A stretch of DNA of 64,000 nt, taken from Candidatus Marinacidobacterales bacterium (GTDB lineage: Bacteria > Acidobacteriota > Vicinamibacteria > Marinacidobacterales > SMYC01). Each line of letters opens with the position of its first letter. Position 1 is the first letter of the stretch. Positions 39,383 through 49,631 of the stretch are shown here, piece after piece. Under the pieces are notes generated by a model, which was not told the origin of the DNA, made no database searches, and saw only the letters and a program-made list of their open reading frames with translations. Position numbers and translations under genes: made by a program. The stretch is taken from assembly GCA_965262245.1 (NCBI GenBank), contig OZ253507.1, positions 5,319,728 through 5,383,727 of the forward strand. Direction: 5' to 3'.

Positions 39383-40612
39383 CTAGAGCTTCCAAGCCAC
39401 CGTGCCTTCCGGGTGGTCGTACCATCCAGGATCTTCGTAAGACGTGATGCCCTCCCGAATCTTGACCACGGTAAACATGCCACCCATTTCGATCGGACCG
39501 AAGGGTCCATCGCCCGTCATCATCGGAAGCGTATTGCGCACGCCTCTCATATGCGCGGCATGGCTCGCGTGCTCGGCCATTCCGGTCTCTCCCATGGCCA
39601 TGTAGCCGGGAACCAACTTGGAGATCTTTGGACCCACATCCGATTGGTCTACCCCGATGACATTGGGAATGTCATGCTCCATGACATTCATCGCGTGATG
39701 GTTCTTGTGACAGTGCAAAGGCCAGTCGCCGGGGTTGTCGGCTACGAATTCCACAACACGACAAGTTCCGGGAGCCACGTTCATGGTGGTCTCGGGCCAG
39801 TAAGCGGTGTCCGGCAGCTGTCCGCCATCGGTTTCCACGACTCGAAAAGAGTGTCCATGAATGTGGATGGGGTGGGAATCCATACTCAAATTCGCGAAAC
39901 GGATCCTCACCCTCTGGTCCTTTCGAACCACGAGCGGAGAGGTTCCAGGATAGGCTCTTGCATTGAACGTGAACGTGTTGAAATCGGTAATGATGTTCGG
40001 GTTTGGTGTGAACGAGCCCGGCTCCACGTACCATTCCGCAAGAAAGACGGCAAAGTCGCGATCGATGGGCTGCGCTCGCCGCTTCGGGTGAATCACTAGA
40101 AAGCCCATCATCCCCATTGCCATCTGGACCGTTTCATCGGCATGCGGGTGATACATGTAGGTTCCGTGCTGTCGCAGGGTGAACTCGTAGGCAAAGGTTT
40201 CCCCTGGCTTGATGTGCGGTTGCGTCAGACCTCCGACACCATCCATGCCGTTGGGCAGAATAATCCCGTGCCAGTGAATCGTGGTGTGCTCGGGAAGACG
40301 ATTGGTCACGAGAAGGCGAACGCGATCGCCCTCGACGGCCTCAATAGTCGGACCAGGGGTCATCCCGTTATAGCCCCAACAGTTCACCATCATGCCAGGG
40401 GCAAATTCGCGCTTGACCGGCTCGGCGATGAGATGAAACTCCTTGACGCCGTCCTTCATCACGTAAGGGAACGTGGCTCCGTCCGGAGTTTCGACCGGGG
40501 TGTAACCCAATGGGTCGGCGGCGGTGCCGCTGCTGGAGCCGGCGCGCGTTAGTCCGGCAAGTCCGGTTGCGGCTGCTGCACTCTGCCAAAAACCACGTCG
40601 GGTGAACTTCAT
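39383..40612 (-). CDS. Multicopper oxidase with a Tat signal (CopA/PcoA-like)
   Basis: The Tat signal is MKFTRRGFWQSAAAATGLAG. Copper-site motifs are HWHG, MYHPH, HPIHIHGH and HCHKNHH. Confidence 0.85.
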   Translation of the reverse strand: MKFTRRGFWQSAAAATGLAGLTRAGSSSGTAADPLGYTPVETPDGATFPYVMKDGVKEFHLIAEPVKREFAPGMMVNCWGYNGMTPGPTIEAVEGDRVRLLVTNRLPEHTTIHWHGIILPNGMDGVGGLTQPHIKPGETFAYEFTLRQHGTYMYHPHADETVQMAMGMMGFLVIHPKRRAQPIDRDFAVFLAEWYVEPGSFTPNPNIITDFNTFTFNARAYPGTSPLVVRKDQRVRIRFANLSMDSHPIHIHGHSFRVVETDGGQLPDTAYWPETTMNVAPGTCRVVEFVADNPGDWPLHCHKNHHAMNVMEHDIPNVIGVDQSDVGPKISKLVPGYMAMGETGMAEHASHAAHMRGVRNTLPMMTGDGPFGPIEMGGMFTVVKIREGITSYEDPGWYDHPEGTVAWKL

Positions 40613-40983
40613 GGTGTGACCTCCTTCTTCGGCTCGGGCCGTTCAGACGTTTTCTGAGTACTCGGTCCAAGGCGCCCACCGAGCGCTCTTTCGAGCTCTA
40701 CACGCGCAATCCAATAGTCACGCCACGCTTCGATATAAGCGCGCTCGGTCTCCACTTCGCGCTCCCGCGCCGCGAGCAGGTCGTAGGTGCCCTGCAGCAT
40801 CATGTTGTATTGCTCGAGCGTAAGCTCCACAATCTGTTGTCGCTGCGGGAGTAGCCGATCACGGTAATACTCGGTCAACTCACGCGACGCGATCATGAAG
40901 TCTCGCGCCAGACGGACTTCCGAGCGCGCGTGAATCGAAAGATTCTCCAAACGACGTTGCGACTGAAGAAGTTGGGACTCTAG
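40609..40983 (-). pseudogene. C-terminal part of a TolC/CusC-like outer-membrane efflux protein, separated by an IS5-family insertion
   Basis: The fragment reads ESQLLQSQRRLENLSIHARSEVRLARDF..YNMMLQGTYDLLAA..YWIARVELERALGG. The rest of the 352-aa track ORF is antisense IS sequence. Confidence 0.8.
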
Positions 40984-42484
40984 CAGCCCGTTGAAAAAGT
41001 CGTATCCGGTCGCGATATTTCTCTGAAGACTCATTCGATGACGATGTAAAATTGCATCGCATGTCGATGAAGAAGAAAAAGAAAAGTTGCCAAGAGACTT
41101 TATGGATTCCACACGATGCGGTTGCGTCGAGTCCTGGTCATCCTTTTTATGAGGAACTCGAGCGGGTACTTCGAGAGGAAGAGTTTGACTCGTTTGTGGA
41201 GTCGAAATGCTCGCCGTATTACGCGAAGAAGCAAGGTCGGCCGAGCATACCGCCGGGTGTGTATTTTCGAATGCTGTTGATCGGCTACTTTGAGCGCATC
41301 GATTCAGAGCGCGGGATCTGCTGGCGGTGTTCGGACTCACTGTCTTTGCGCCAGTTTCTTGGCCTTGGAATGGAAGAGCGAACGCCGGACCATTCGTCGC
41401 TGTCTCGGATACGGAATCGACTTCCGCTGGAAGTTCACGAATCTGTATTTGGATGGGTGCTAGAAGTTCTAGCGTCGAGAGGGATGATAGATGGCAAGAC
41501 ACTGGGTGTGGACGCGACGACGCTGGAAGCGAATGCGGCGCTTCGGTCAATCGTTCGTCGAGACACGGGGGAAAGCTACGAATCGTATTTGAAGGAGCTT
41601 GCGCGCAAGAGTGGTATCGAAGAGCCGAGCCGAGCGGACATTGCAAAGTTGGACAAGAAGCGGCCAAAGAAAGGGTCGAACAAGGAGTGGGTGAATCCGA
41701 ACGAGCCGGATGCGGAGATCATGAAAATGAAGAGCGGGGGCACGGATATGGCGCACAAAGCCGAGCATGCTGTGGACATGAGCGGGGAAGGTGCGGTAAT
41801 TGCCGTGACGCTTCACGGAGGCGCGAAGGGTGACACAAAGAGCCTACCGGATACGCTGGAAAAAGCGCAGTCAAATCTGCAAGAGCTCGCGAACAACGCG
41901 GAATGTTGTGAACGAATACATGAAGACGCGGGTCGCGAAGTGGTCGGGGACAAGGGCTATCACGGCAACGACATCCTGGTTGAGCTGGTCGAACAAGAAT
42001 ACCGGAGCTACATTTCGGAGCCAGAGCGAGGTGGCCGCAAATGGAAGGACAAACAGGCCGAGCAAGCCGCCACCTACGCGAACCGACGTCGCATTCGCGG
42101 GACTCGAGGTAAGCGATTAATACGCCGTCGCGGCGAGTTACTCGAACGACCTTTCGCGCACTACCTCGAAGCGGGAGGCATGCGACGAACGCATTTGCGA
42201 AGACACGAAAATATACTCAAGCGCCTCCTCACGCACGTGGCCGGATTCAATCTCGGGATTCTGATGCGCAATCTCATCGGCAAGGCCACGCCGAAGGAAT
42301 ACGCGGAGCTCAACGCCAGTCTGATCGCTGCTTTATTGCGCTTCGTCTCGACCATAGGCGCACGTTTTGCCCCGCTGCAATCCATCGGGCGTCTCAACTT
42401 GGCCGTTCCGCCGAATCACATCTTCCTTGAACTTGCCCACCAAACTTTCTCCGTGAGCAGAATCTGGACTTTTTCACCGGGCTG
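40984..42484 (+). mobile_element. IS5/IS1182-type insertion sequence
   Basis: The 18-bp IR CAGCCCG(T/G)TGAAAAAGTC sits at both ends and is flanked by the direct repeat CTAG (40980-40983 and 42485-42488). It carries a single DDE transposase. Confidence 0.85.
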
Positions 42485-42488
42485 CTAG
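41052..42488 (+). CDS. IS5/IS1182-type DDE transposase
   Basis: The N-terminal InsH-like region is GRPSIPPGVYFRMLLIGYF. DDE-region motifs are LGVDATTLEANA and VGDKGYH. The stop TAG overlaps the right CTAG. Confidence 0.8.
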   Translation: MHRMSMKKKKKSCQETLWIPHDAVASSPGHPFYEELERVLREEEFDSFVESKCSPYYAKKQGRPSIPPGVYFRMLLIGYFERIDSERGICWRCSDSLSLRQFLGLGMEERTPDHSSLSRIRNRLPLEVHESVFGWVLEVLASRGMIDGKTLGVDATTLEANAALRSIVRRDTGESYESYLKELARKSGIEEPSRADIAKLDKKRPKKGSNKEWVNPNEPDAEIMKMKSGGTDMAHKAEHAVDMSGEGAVIAVTLHGGAKGDTKSLPDTLEKAQSNLQELANNAECCERIHEDAGREVVGDKGYHGNDILVELVEQEYRSYISEPERGGRKWKDKQAEQAATYANRRRIRGTRGKRLIRRRGELLERPFAHYLEAGGMRRTHLRRHENILKRLLTHVAGFNLGILMRNLIGKATPKEYAELNASLIAALLRFVSTIGARFAPLQSIGRLNLAVPPNHIFLELAHQTFSVSRIWTFSPGC

Positions 42489-43520
42489 CCGCGCGACCGC
42501 GGCCTGCCCCTGATCAAAAATGGGGATCTGGATCCCGAGCGACGGCCCAGTCACACGCCGGCCATCCGGGTCTTTCTCGGATTCGACACCGATCTCGATG
42601 CCTACGGGAAAAAATCGAGTACCTTTGGTAAGCGCTAGCGCGCGTGCCAACTGCTCGACCCCCTTCCGCGCGGCGGCCACATCGAATCTCTGCTCGAGCG
42701 CGACGGCCTCGAAAGACTCCAGGTGCGGATCCGTGCGAGGGAGAGAGGGCAGCCCTCTTCCAGCGCGCCAACGAACCTCTTCGCCCCATAGTCCCATGTG
42801 ACGGTTCAGCGCCTCGCGTCGTCGACGTAGGTCGAGCTCGGCCTTCACGATATCGACGCGTATCTGATTGTAAACAGCCCGATGTTGCTCCAGATCGAGC
42901 TCGTTCAAGTTGCCAGCTTGCTCCTGAACTGCGGCGAACTCAGAAGCGGCCAGACGGATCTCCCCCATCAACTCGAGTCGCTCGAGCAACTCTTGGCTGG
43001 CGAGGAGCTCATAGAAGGCCGTTTTCACATCAGCTGCCAGCCGAATCACTTCGTCGGCGACGCGCAGCTTCGTGCGTTCGAGCTCAACGCTCGCAAGCTC
43101 CTTCTTGAGTGGCAGGATGAAGACATCCAGGAAGTCGAGTGCAAGACCCACCTCGGAACGGCTCCAGTGAAACGCCGGGTTGCTGATACGTGACGCCTGA
43201 GCCAGATCGGCTTGAGAGATGCCAATCTCCTCGAAACTTGCGAGAAGCGCGCGATTGTTCAAAAGGGCGATGCGCACGGCCGTGTCGACGTCAATCGACT
43301 CGGCCAGGAGATCGTGAACGACCTGTCGGGTCACTTCCGTCTGCTCGGCGTTCCGGGGCCATTCAGGTGCATGGCCCGAACGAGAGGCGACCTTCTGTCG
43401 CATGTCCTCGAACGCCGGTCGAGGATTGGTACTCGCGCATCCGCTCAGCCCGAGTAGCGCCACGCTCCCGAGAAGCGAGCCTCCGAGGAAGCGCGCGATG
43501 TAACGAAGAGCGTTACTCAC
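42485..43520 (-). pseudogene. N-terminal part of the TolC/CusC-like outer-membrane lipoprotein
   Basis: The lipobox is LLGLSGC, followed by typical OMF repeats. The GTG start at 43518-43520 overlaps the upstream stop (GTGA). The fragment ends ..IFDQGQAAVARL at the CTAG. Confidence 0.8.
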
Positions 43521-43888
43521 GGGACCGGATCCTCTCTCAGCACGAGCGTCATCCCGCAACGAGGGCAGCTGCTCCCCTCCTCGCCGGTAACGTCCGGGTG
43601 CATCGGACAGGCGTAAACCATCTCAGCCATCTCGTGGTGGTGCTGCGAATGGGAGCTCGCGGGCGATGGACTCTCCGATCCAGCCTCTGACTCCTCGTTG
43701 GAGTCCGCGGAAAGACCCGTGCTATATGGAGACTCCCCGCCAATCGCCGCACGGGGATCGCTGGGATCCGGCTGCGACAGCTGCGAAATCGTGACCGAGC
43801 ACCCGGAAGCGAGCACGGCCGCGACCCACACCAGACTCGCGCTGGATGGTAAATAACGAGACGACAACATTTTGCTAATGAGTGTCAT
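43517..43888 (-). CDS. Lipoprotein with a heavy-metal-binding domain (YxCPMHP...CPxCGM) and a His-rich segment
   Basis: The lipobox is VLASGC. Other motifs are HSQHHHE and VYACPMHPDVTGEEGSSCPRCGMTL. Confidence 0.75.
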   Translation of the reverse strand: MTLISKMLSSRYLPSSASLVWVAAVLASGCSVTISQLSQPDPSDPRAAIGGESPYSTGLSADSNEESEAGSESPSPASSHSQHHHEMAEMVYACPMHPDVTGEEGSSCPRCGMTLVLREDPVP

Positions 43889-43989
43889 TTCTCGACCTCA
43901 ACACTGGTAAGCCAAGCGAAAGGGATTCCCGCGAACTGGGAAAGTGATCGGATTGTGCGCTCGCGGGAGCGACTAGCGAGGTTGTCGCC

Positions 43990-44394
43990 TCAAATCAACA
44001 AGACGGTGCTGCGGACATAGGGAAGGAGAGGATTGGTCAGGCTGACGGACGCCTCGCGGAGCACGCCGTATGAAGGGATGTCCGTTTCAATCGGAAGACG
44101 TTCGAGTGGAGCAGCAAACTTCGAGGCTTTGGCGGCAACTTTCTCGAAGCGCGACGCCGAGACCATCCTCCAGCTCGCGTGGTTGCTGCAGCCCTCGTTC
44201 TCTGAAGGCTCGGGCGTTTCGTCGTGACAGTTCCCCGGGCTCCTAGGCACGGAAGAGCTGTGCTCCGCACTCTGGTGGATGGCATGTGTCTCCTCGCATG
44301 GGAGCGCGAGGCACTGGGCAAGGCATTGACCCTGAGCGACGATGGAAAAACACAGCATCAACAGCGTCGCTCGAAGCATCCGTGTTCCAGCCAT
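43990..44394 (-). CDS. Secreted Cys/His-containing hypothetical protein
   Basis: The ORF has a signal peptide and lies in the metal-resistance neighbourhood. No family was recognised. Confidence 0.4.
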   Translation of the reverse strand: MAGTRMLRATLLMLCFSIVAQGQCLAQCLALPCEETHAIHQSAEHSSSVPRSPGNCHDETPEPSENEGCSNHASWRMVSASRFEKVAAKASKFAAPLERLPIETDIPSYGVLREASVSLTNPLLPYVRSTVLLI

Positions 44395-44510
44395 CAGGCT
44401 CTAATTATAGGTCAATTGAAAGATACACCAAACTCACTCTCGAACAATCGGCTCGCTCGTATCGCCCACCGAAAGATGATACAAGAACTCTATTAGTTGG
44501 AGATAAAATC

Positions 44511-44930
44511 ATGAGGTCATTCGTCGCTATCGCAACGTTCACCGCGATCCTCTTCTCGTCTGCTTTCGCCTCTTCTCATGAACGGAAGGAGATCGCAGGC
44601 ATGCAGGTCGTGTTCGGTGGAGAGCCCGAGCCGGTGCTCGACGGGGAGATTTGCAACCTCACATGGCGTTTCGCCGATCTAGAAACCGAAGCACCCGTGG
44701 CGGACCTCGAAGCCGTGACCGCCAAGGTTCTGTTCGAAGGCGAGGCGTTCGGACCCTTCAACGCGCGAAGCTCTCGGCGTAACCCCGGCACGTACACGAC
44801 CGAGCACATATTCACGAAAGAAGGCGACGGCGAAGTGACGCTGAGCTTCAAGAAAGCCGGGAGCGACGAGGTCTTGACGGTCTCGATGCAATTTGCGGTT
44901 CGTCCGCGAAAATCGATCGAGATCCCGTAA
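44511..44930 (+). CDS. Secreted hypothetical protein (139 aa)
   Basis: The ATG at 44511 precedes the signal peptide MRSFVAIATFTAILFSSAFA. The upstream part of track ORF 44286-44930 looks non-coding. Confidence 0.5.
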   Translation: MRSFVAIATFTAILFSSAFASSHERKEIAGMQVVFGGEPEPVLDGEICNLTWRFADLETEAPVADLEAVTAKVLFEGEAFGPFNARSSRRNPGTYTTEHIFTKEGDGEVTLSFKKAGSDEVLTVSMQFAVRPRKSIEIP

Positions 44931-44944
44931 AGAGCCTCGGGCCC

Positions 44945-46898
44945 TTAGTTCGACGTCGCTGTACCCGATATCCGCTTCTCGAACGGAGGAGGGCCGGGGA
45001 AGCTCGGAGGATCCAGCTCGATCAGCCGCAGCACTTCCTCGATCGCCGCCTCGAGCTGTGGGTCTCCGCCCTTCGCCATCAGTCCAGGGTCGTCGACGAC
45101 CGGGATGTCCGGATCGACGCCGTGCCCCTCCGCGAACCAGACTCCATCGGGGCTGAAGATGCGCCCCGGTGGTGCGGTGAAGGTGCCACCGTCGATAGTG
45201 CGGTGACCCACGGCGGGGCCAATGAGTCCGCCCCAAGTACGCTCGCCGATGAGCGGCCCGACTTTCATCTGCTTGAAGAGATGGGACGTCCCGGCGCAAA
45301 GAAACCGCGACGATGTTCGTCGTGTTCGGGTAGACCCAGGTGGCGTCGATGTCCGAATAGATGGGGCGAAAGGTTCGGCCGGAGAAGTAATAAAGATAGC
45401 GGCCGTCAGGATCGAATACCGGATCGCTGTCCCGATAGTAACCCGATGTCACCTGGTGGCTCCGTCCCTCGTTTGTGTCGAAAAGAAAGATCGCCTGAGT
45501 GCCCGTCTCGAGCCCACGTGCATAGGTGAGCCATCGACTGTCGCGCGACCAGGCCACCTCGAACCCGGCGAGGCCGGGGTGTAACATAAAGAGCGCCTCG
45601 TCGACCTTCGTGATTTGTTCCGTCTCACGATCGTAGATCTGGATGCTCTGCGTATGATCGATGAAGACCAGCTTGTTGCTGTCCGGCGACCAGAAGAGGC
45701 GGTAACGATAGCCGGGGCCGAAGGTGGTGAGTTTCTGCTCGTCACTCGAGCCATCGGCGCTGCGCAAGGTGAGCTCGTACTCCCCGCTCTGGTCACTCCA
45801 GTAGGCAATGAACTTGCCATCCGGAGACCAGCCTGGATAGCGCTCGGCCGCTCCAGAGCTGTGGGTGAGGTTGCGAAGCACACCTTCTTTGGCCGGGAGG
45901 GTGAAGACCTCTCCTCTCGCCGATACGACGGCGCGCTTGCCGGTGGGCGAGATATTGGCGGTCTCGATCCGCTCGCTGACATTCTGAAGACGCGGCTTCA
46001 CACTCGCGAGGTCGGTCACGAGATCGACGTCGACTTCCTCGGGCGTCTCCGTCTCGAGCGGCATACGGTAGAGTCGGCCGCCTGCCTGGAAAACCAAATC
46101 GCTGGGCCGATGGCGGGAAAAGTCACATCGAAATCGGCGAACCGCGTGATTTGCCGCATATCATTATCAGTGTCATTGCTCGCGACGTCCAGAGCCCATA
46201 TGTTGGAGCGCTCGCCCAATCCGCGGTCGGAGAGGAAGTACAGAGTCGAGCCGTGCCACATCGGCTGGGCATCGTTCGCGTCGCTGTTGGTGAGGTTGCG
46301 CGCGTCGAGGCTTTCGAGATCAAACAGCCAAATTTCCGGCGCCATGCCCCCGCGATATCGCTTCCAATTGCGGAAGCCTCGGCTCTTGGGCGTGAAGGCG
46401 AGCGAGCCTCCGTCGGTGGACAACGCTCCAAACTCCCCGTAGGGAACGGGGAGCTTCTCGGGTAGCCCGCCGGCCGTGGCTACCGTGTAGAGCTGACTGA
46501 ATCGCTGTGAGCCACTTTTGCGACGTGAGGCGAAGAGCAGCCGTGTCCCATCCGGGGTCCAGTCGAGCATGCGGTCGGGGAGAGGGTGATGCGTGATCCT
46601 GCGTGGCTCACCGCCGGTCGTGGCGACGACGTCTCGTCCGTGTTGCCGTCGTGTTTCCGCTGAAAGCGATCTCGGAGCCGTCCGGAGAGAACCGCGGAAA
46701 CGTCTCCTCACCGGGAGGCGAGCTCAGCCGCCTCGCTGTACCTCCCTGTTTTTCGACGACCCAGATATCCCCGGCATAGACGAAAGTGATACGCGACTCC
46801 GAGACGTCGGGAAATCGGAACATGCGCGCATCGACTTCAGCGAAAGCGAGCGTCGACGACGCAAACAGTCCGAGTAGCAGGGCAATTAGAGTTTTCAT
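44945..46898 (-). pseudogene. Tricorn-protease-like (S41, beta-propeller) gene with frameshifts and a large internal deletion
   Basis: The N-part reads MFRFPDVSESRITFVYAGDIWVV..FSPDGSEIAF and propeller repeats lie in two further frames. The C-part FLCAGTSHLFKQMKVGPLIGERTWGG joins directly after ..TNIVAV. About 650 codons remain, against roughly 1000-plus typical for the family. Confidence 0.65.
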
Positions 46899-46911
46899 GG
46901 CAAGCTTCCTC

Positions 46912-48249
46912 CTAATCGACGTGCATCCGATAGGCGATCATGCCGCCCATGGCGATTGGCACCGCGAAGAAATAGAAGTTGGCGGACATATCGAATCCGG
47001 CAGCGATCAAGTAACCCGCGACAGCCGGACCGACTACCGCACCGGTCCGGCCGAGTCCGATGGCCCAGCCTATGCCGGTGCTGCGAATCTCTGTCGGATA
47101 GACTTTGGCAGCGGTGCCATAGAGCCCCGTGAATCCCCCTTGCTGCAGAATACCGATCACCAATATCAATGTCATGAGCAGCGTCAGCTGGTTCGGAGCC
47201 ATGGCAAATACGACCATGCCAACAGCGGAAGCCGTCAACAAGTAGAAGACGAGGTTGGTCAGCTTCCATCGCGTCGACATCCAGCCCATCAGATAGATGC
47301 CGAGAACGCCCCCGAGATTGAACATGAAGAAGGCGTCTCGGCCCACGGAGGCCTCGTAGCCCGAGTCTTCCATTAGCTTCGGAATCCAGCTCATGAGCAC
47401 GTAGAGCGTGCTGAAGCAAAGGAAGAACGATACCCACAGCGTCAGAGTCGCGACACGATGCTCTTCGGAAAGCAAAGTGAATCGATACTTTCCCGGCGCA
47501 GCTTTCCCGCCTTCCGTTTGTGCGGCTACGGCTGGCAGCTCATCCAGCGGGTTCTTCTTCAGTTTTACGAGGATTTGGTTGATACGCTCGAGTGCTCCGT
47601 CCGGGCGTCGCTCGAACAGGTACTTCAGCGACTCCGGAATCAGTAACCACGCCACGAGCACCATGACGAGCGTCAATCCCCCGCCGAACCAGAACATGCC
47701 GCGCCAACCGTAATCCGGCATGATGAAGCCGGCCACGACAGAGGTCATCATCGCTCCAAGCGGGTAGCCCGAGGTAACGAGAGCCACGGAGGCCGCCCGA
47801 TACTTGTCGGGACTGTATTCCGCGGCAAGGGTCGCCTGACTGGCAAGCATGGCGCCGGCACCCAAACCGCTGATGAATCGCAAGACGATAAACTCGACCA
47901 GCGTCGTCGAGTTTGCCGTGAGCAAAATAGAGACACCGACCAATACGATGCTGACGATGATCAGCTTCCGGCGACCGATGATGTCGGAGATAGGCGCGAG
48001 GAACATCGCGCCGACTACCATACCGGCAAGCGCAAAACTGAATATCCAGCCGAGCCTGTCCGGCGTCAGTTGCAATTCACTCGATACGGCGCCGGCGACC
48101 ACGGCCATCGCCGTAATATCAAAGCCATCGAGGATGTTGAAGAACATACACAGGCCAACGACCAGCACCTGTTGCCCGCTGACTCGGCCTTTGTCGATGA
48201 CCTCGGCAACAAGGTCGTTGCTGGACTCGGGATTTGCGGATTTCGACAC
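46912..48249 (-). CDS. MFS transporter, aromatic acid:H+ symporter (AAHS)-like
   Basis: A 445-aa ORF with about 12 TM segments. Motifs are GFDITAMAVV and ISDIIGRRK (a D-R/K-x-G-R-R/K motif). Confidence 0.75.
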   Translation of the reverse strand: MSKSANPESSNDLVAEVIDKGRVSGQQVLVVGLCMFFNILDGFDITAMAVVAGAVSSELQLTPDRLGWIFSFALAGMVVGAMFLAPISDIIGRRKLIIVSIVLVGVSILLTANSTTLVEFIVLRFISGLGAGAMLASQATLAAEYSPDKYRAASVALVTSGYPLGAMMTSVVAGFIMPDYGWRGMFWFGGGLTLVMVLVAWLLIPESLKYLFERRPDGALERINQILVKLKKNPLDELPAVAAQTEGGKAAPGKYRFTLLSEEHRVATLTLWVSFFLCFSTLYVLMSWIPKLMEDSGYEASVGRDAFFMFNLGGVLGIYLMGWMSTRWKLTNLVFYLLTASAVGMVVFAMAPNQLTLLMTLILVIGILQQGGFTGLYGTAAKVYPTEIRSTGIGWAIGLGRTGAVVGPAVAGYLIAAGFDMSANFYFFAVPIAMGGMIAYRMHVD

Positions 48250-48282
48250 GGTTCTCCGAATTCTTGTTCGACTTCGTCTTCC

Positions 48283-49109
<827 letters not shown>

Positions 49110-49120
<11 letters not shown>

Positions 49121-49517
49121 GGCTCTCCAAAACGTTGGGCCCGCCGCGAGGATTTCCTTCTTGGTCCTTGCCGCCCGTCAGCATGATTTGTTTGAATTCA
49201 TCCTCGGTCACGCCGGACATCGCTGCGCCGACATATTGCATAGACCGTCGATCGTGCCTCACGATCTTGAACGTGTAATAGATGTTTCCGCCGAGTCGCA
49301 ACATTTCGAGCCAGTTCCGGTCGAGGACCGCCTGTCGTTGCTCGTCCGTCATGGGATGCTTTCGGAGATATGCGGCTTCATCGGACCGGAACTCATCGCG
49401 GTTCGCCTCCACGTTGAGCGACATACAGAACATGTTCAGGTGATAGCCCTTGCGGGCATACTCCTTCGTGAAGACGTAGGTACCTGGAACATCATCGAAT
49501 TTGGGCTGCTCATTCAC
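49110..49517 (-). CDS. LigA-type alpha subunit of the extradiol dioxygenase
   Basis: The ORF reads VPGTYVFTKEYARKGYHLNMFCMSLN..NRDEF..RNWLEMLRLGGNIYY. The start is proposed at GTG 49515-49517 after GGAG, but the track ORF extends to 49610. Confidence 0.65.
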
Positions 49518-49631
49518 GGTGCTTCGCTCCGCGGTTTTTTTATCACGATTGCCGGCACGGTGCTCGACGAGAAAAACCAGCGATTGTTCATCTCGGACCG
49601 CGACAATCATCGCGTCATGGTGTGGGACGTC

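Noticed and set aside
40609-41667. A 352-aa ORF that looks like one gene downstream of the multicopper oxidase.
   Set aside because: Only the last ~124 codons are TolC-like. Upstream of the CTAG at 40980 it is the antisense strand of the IS5-type element.
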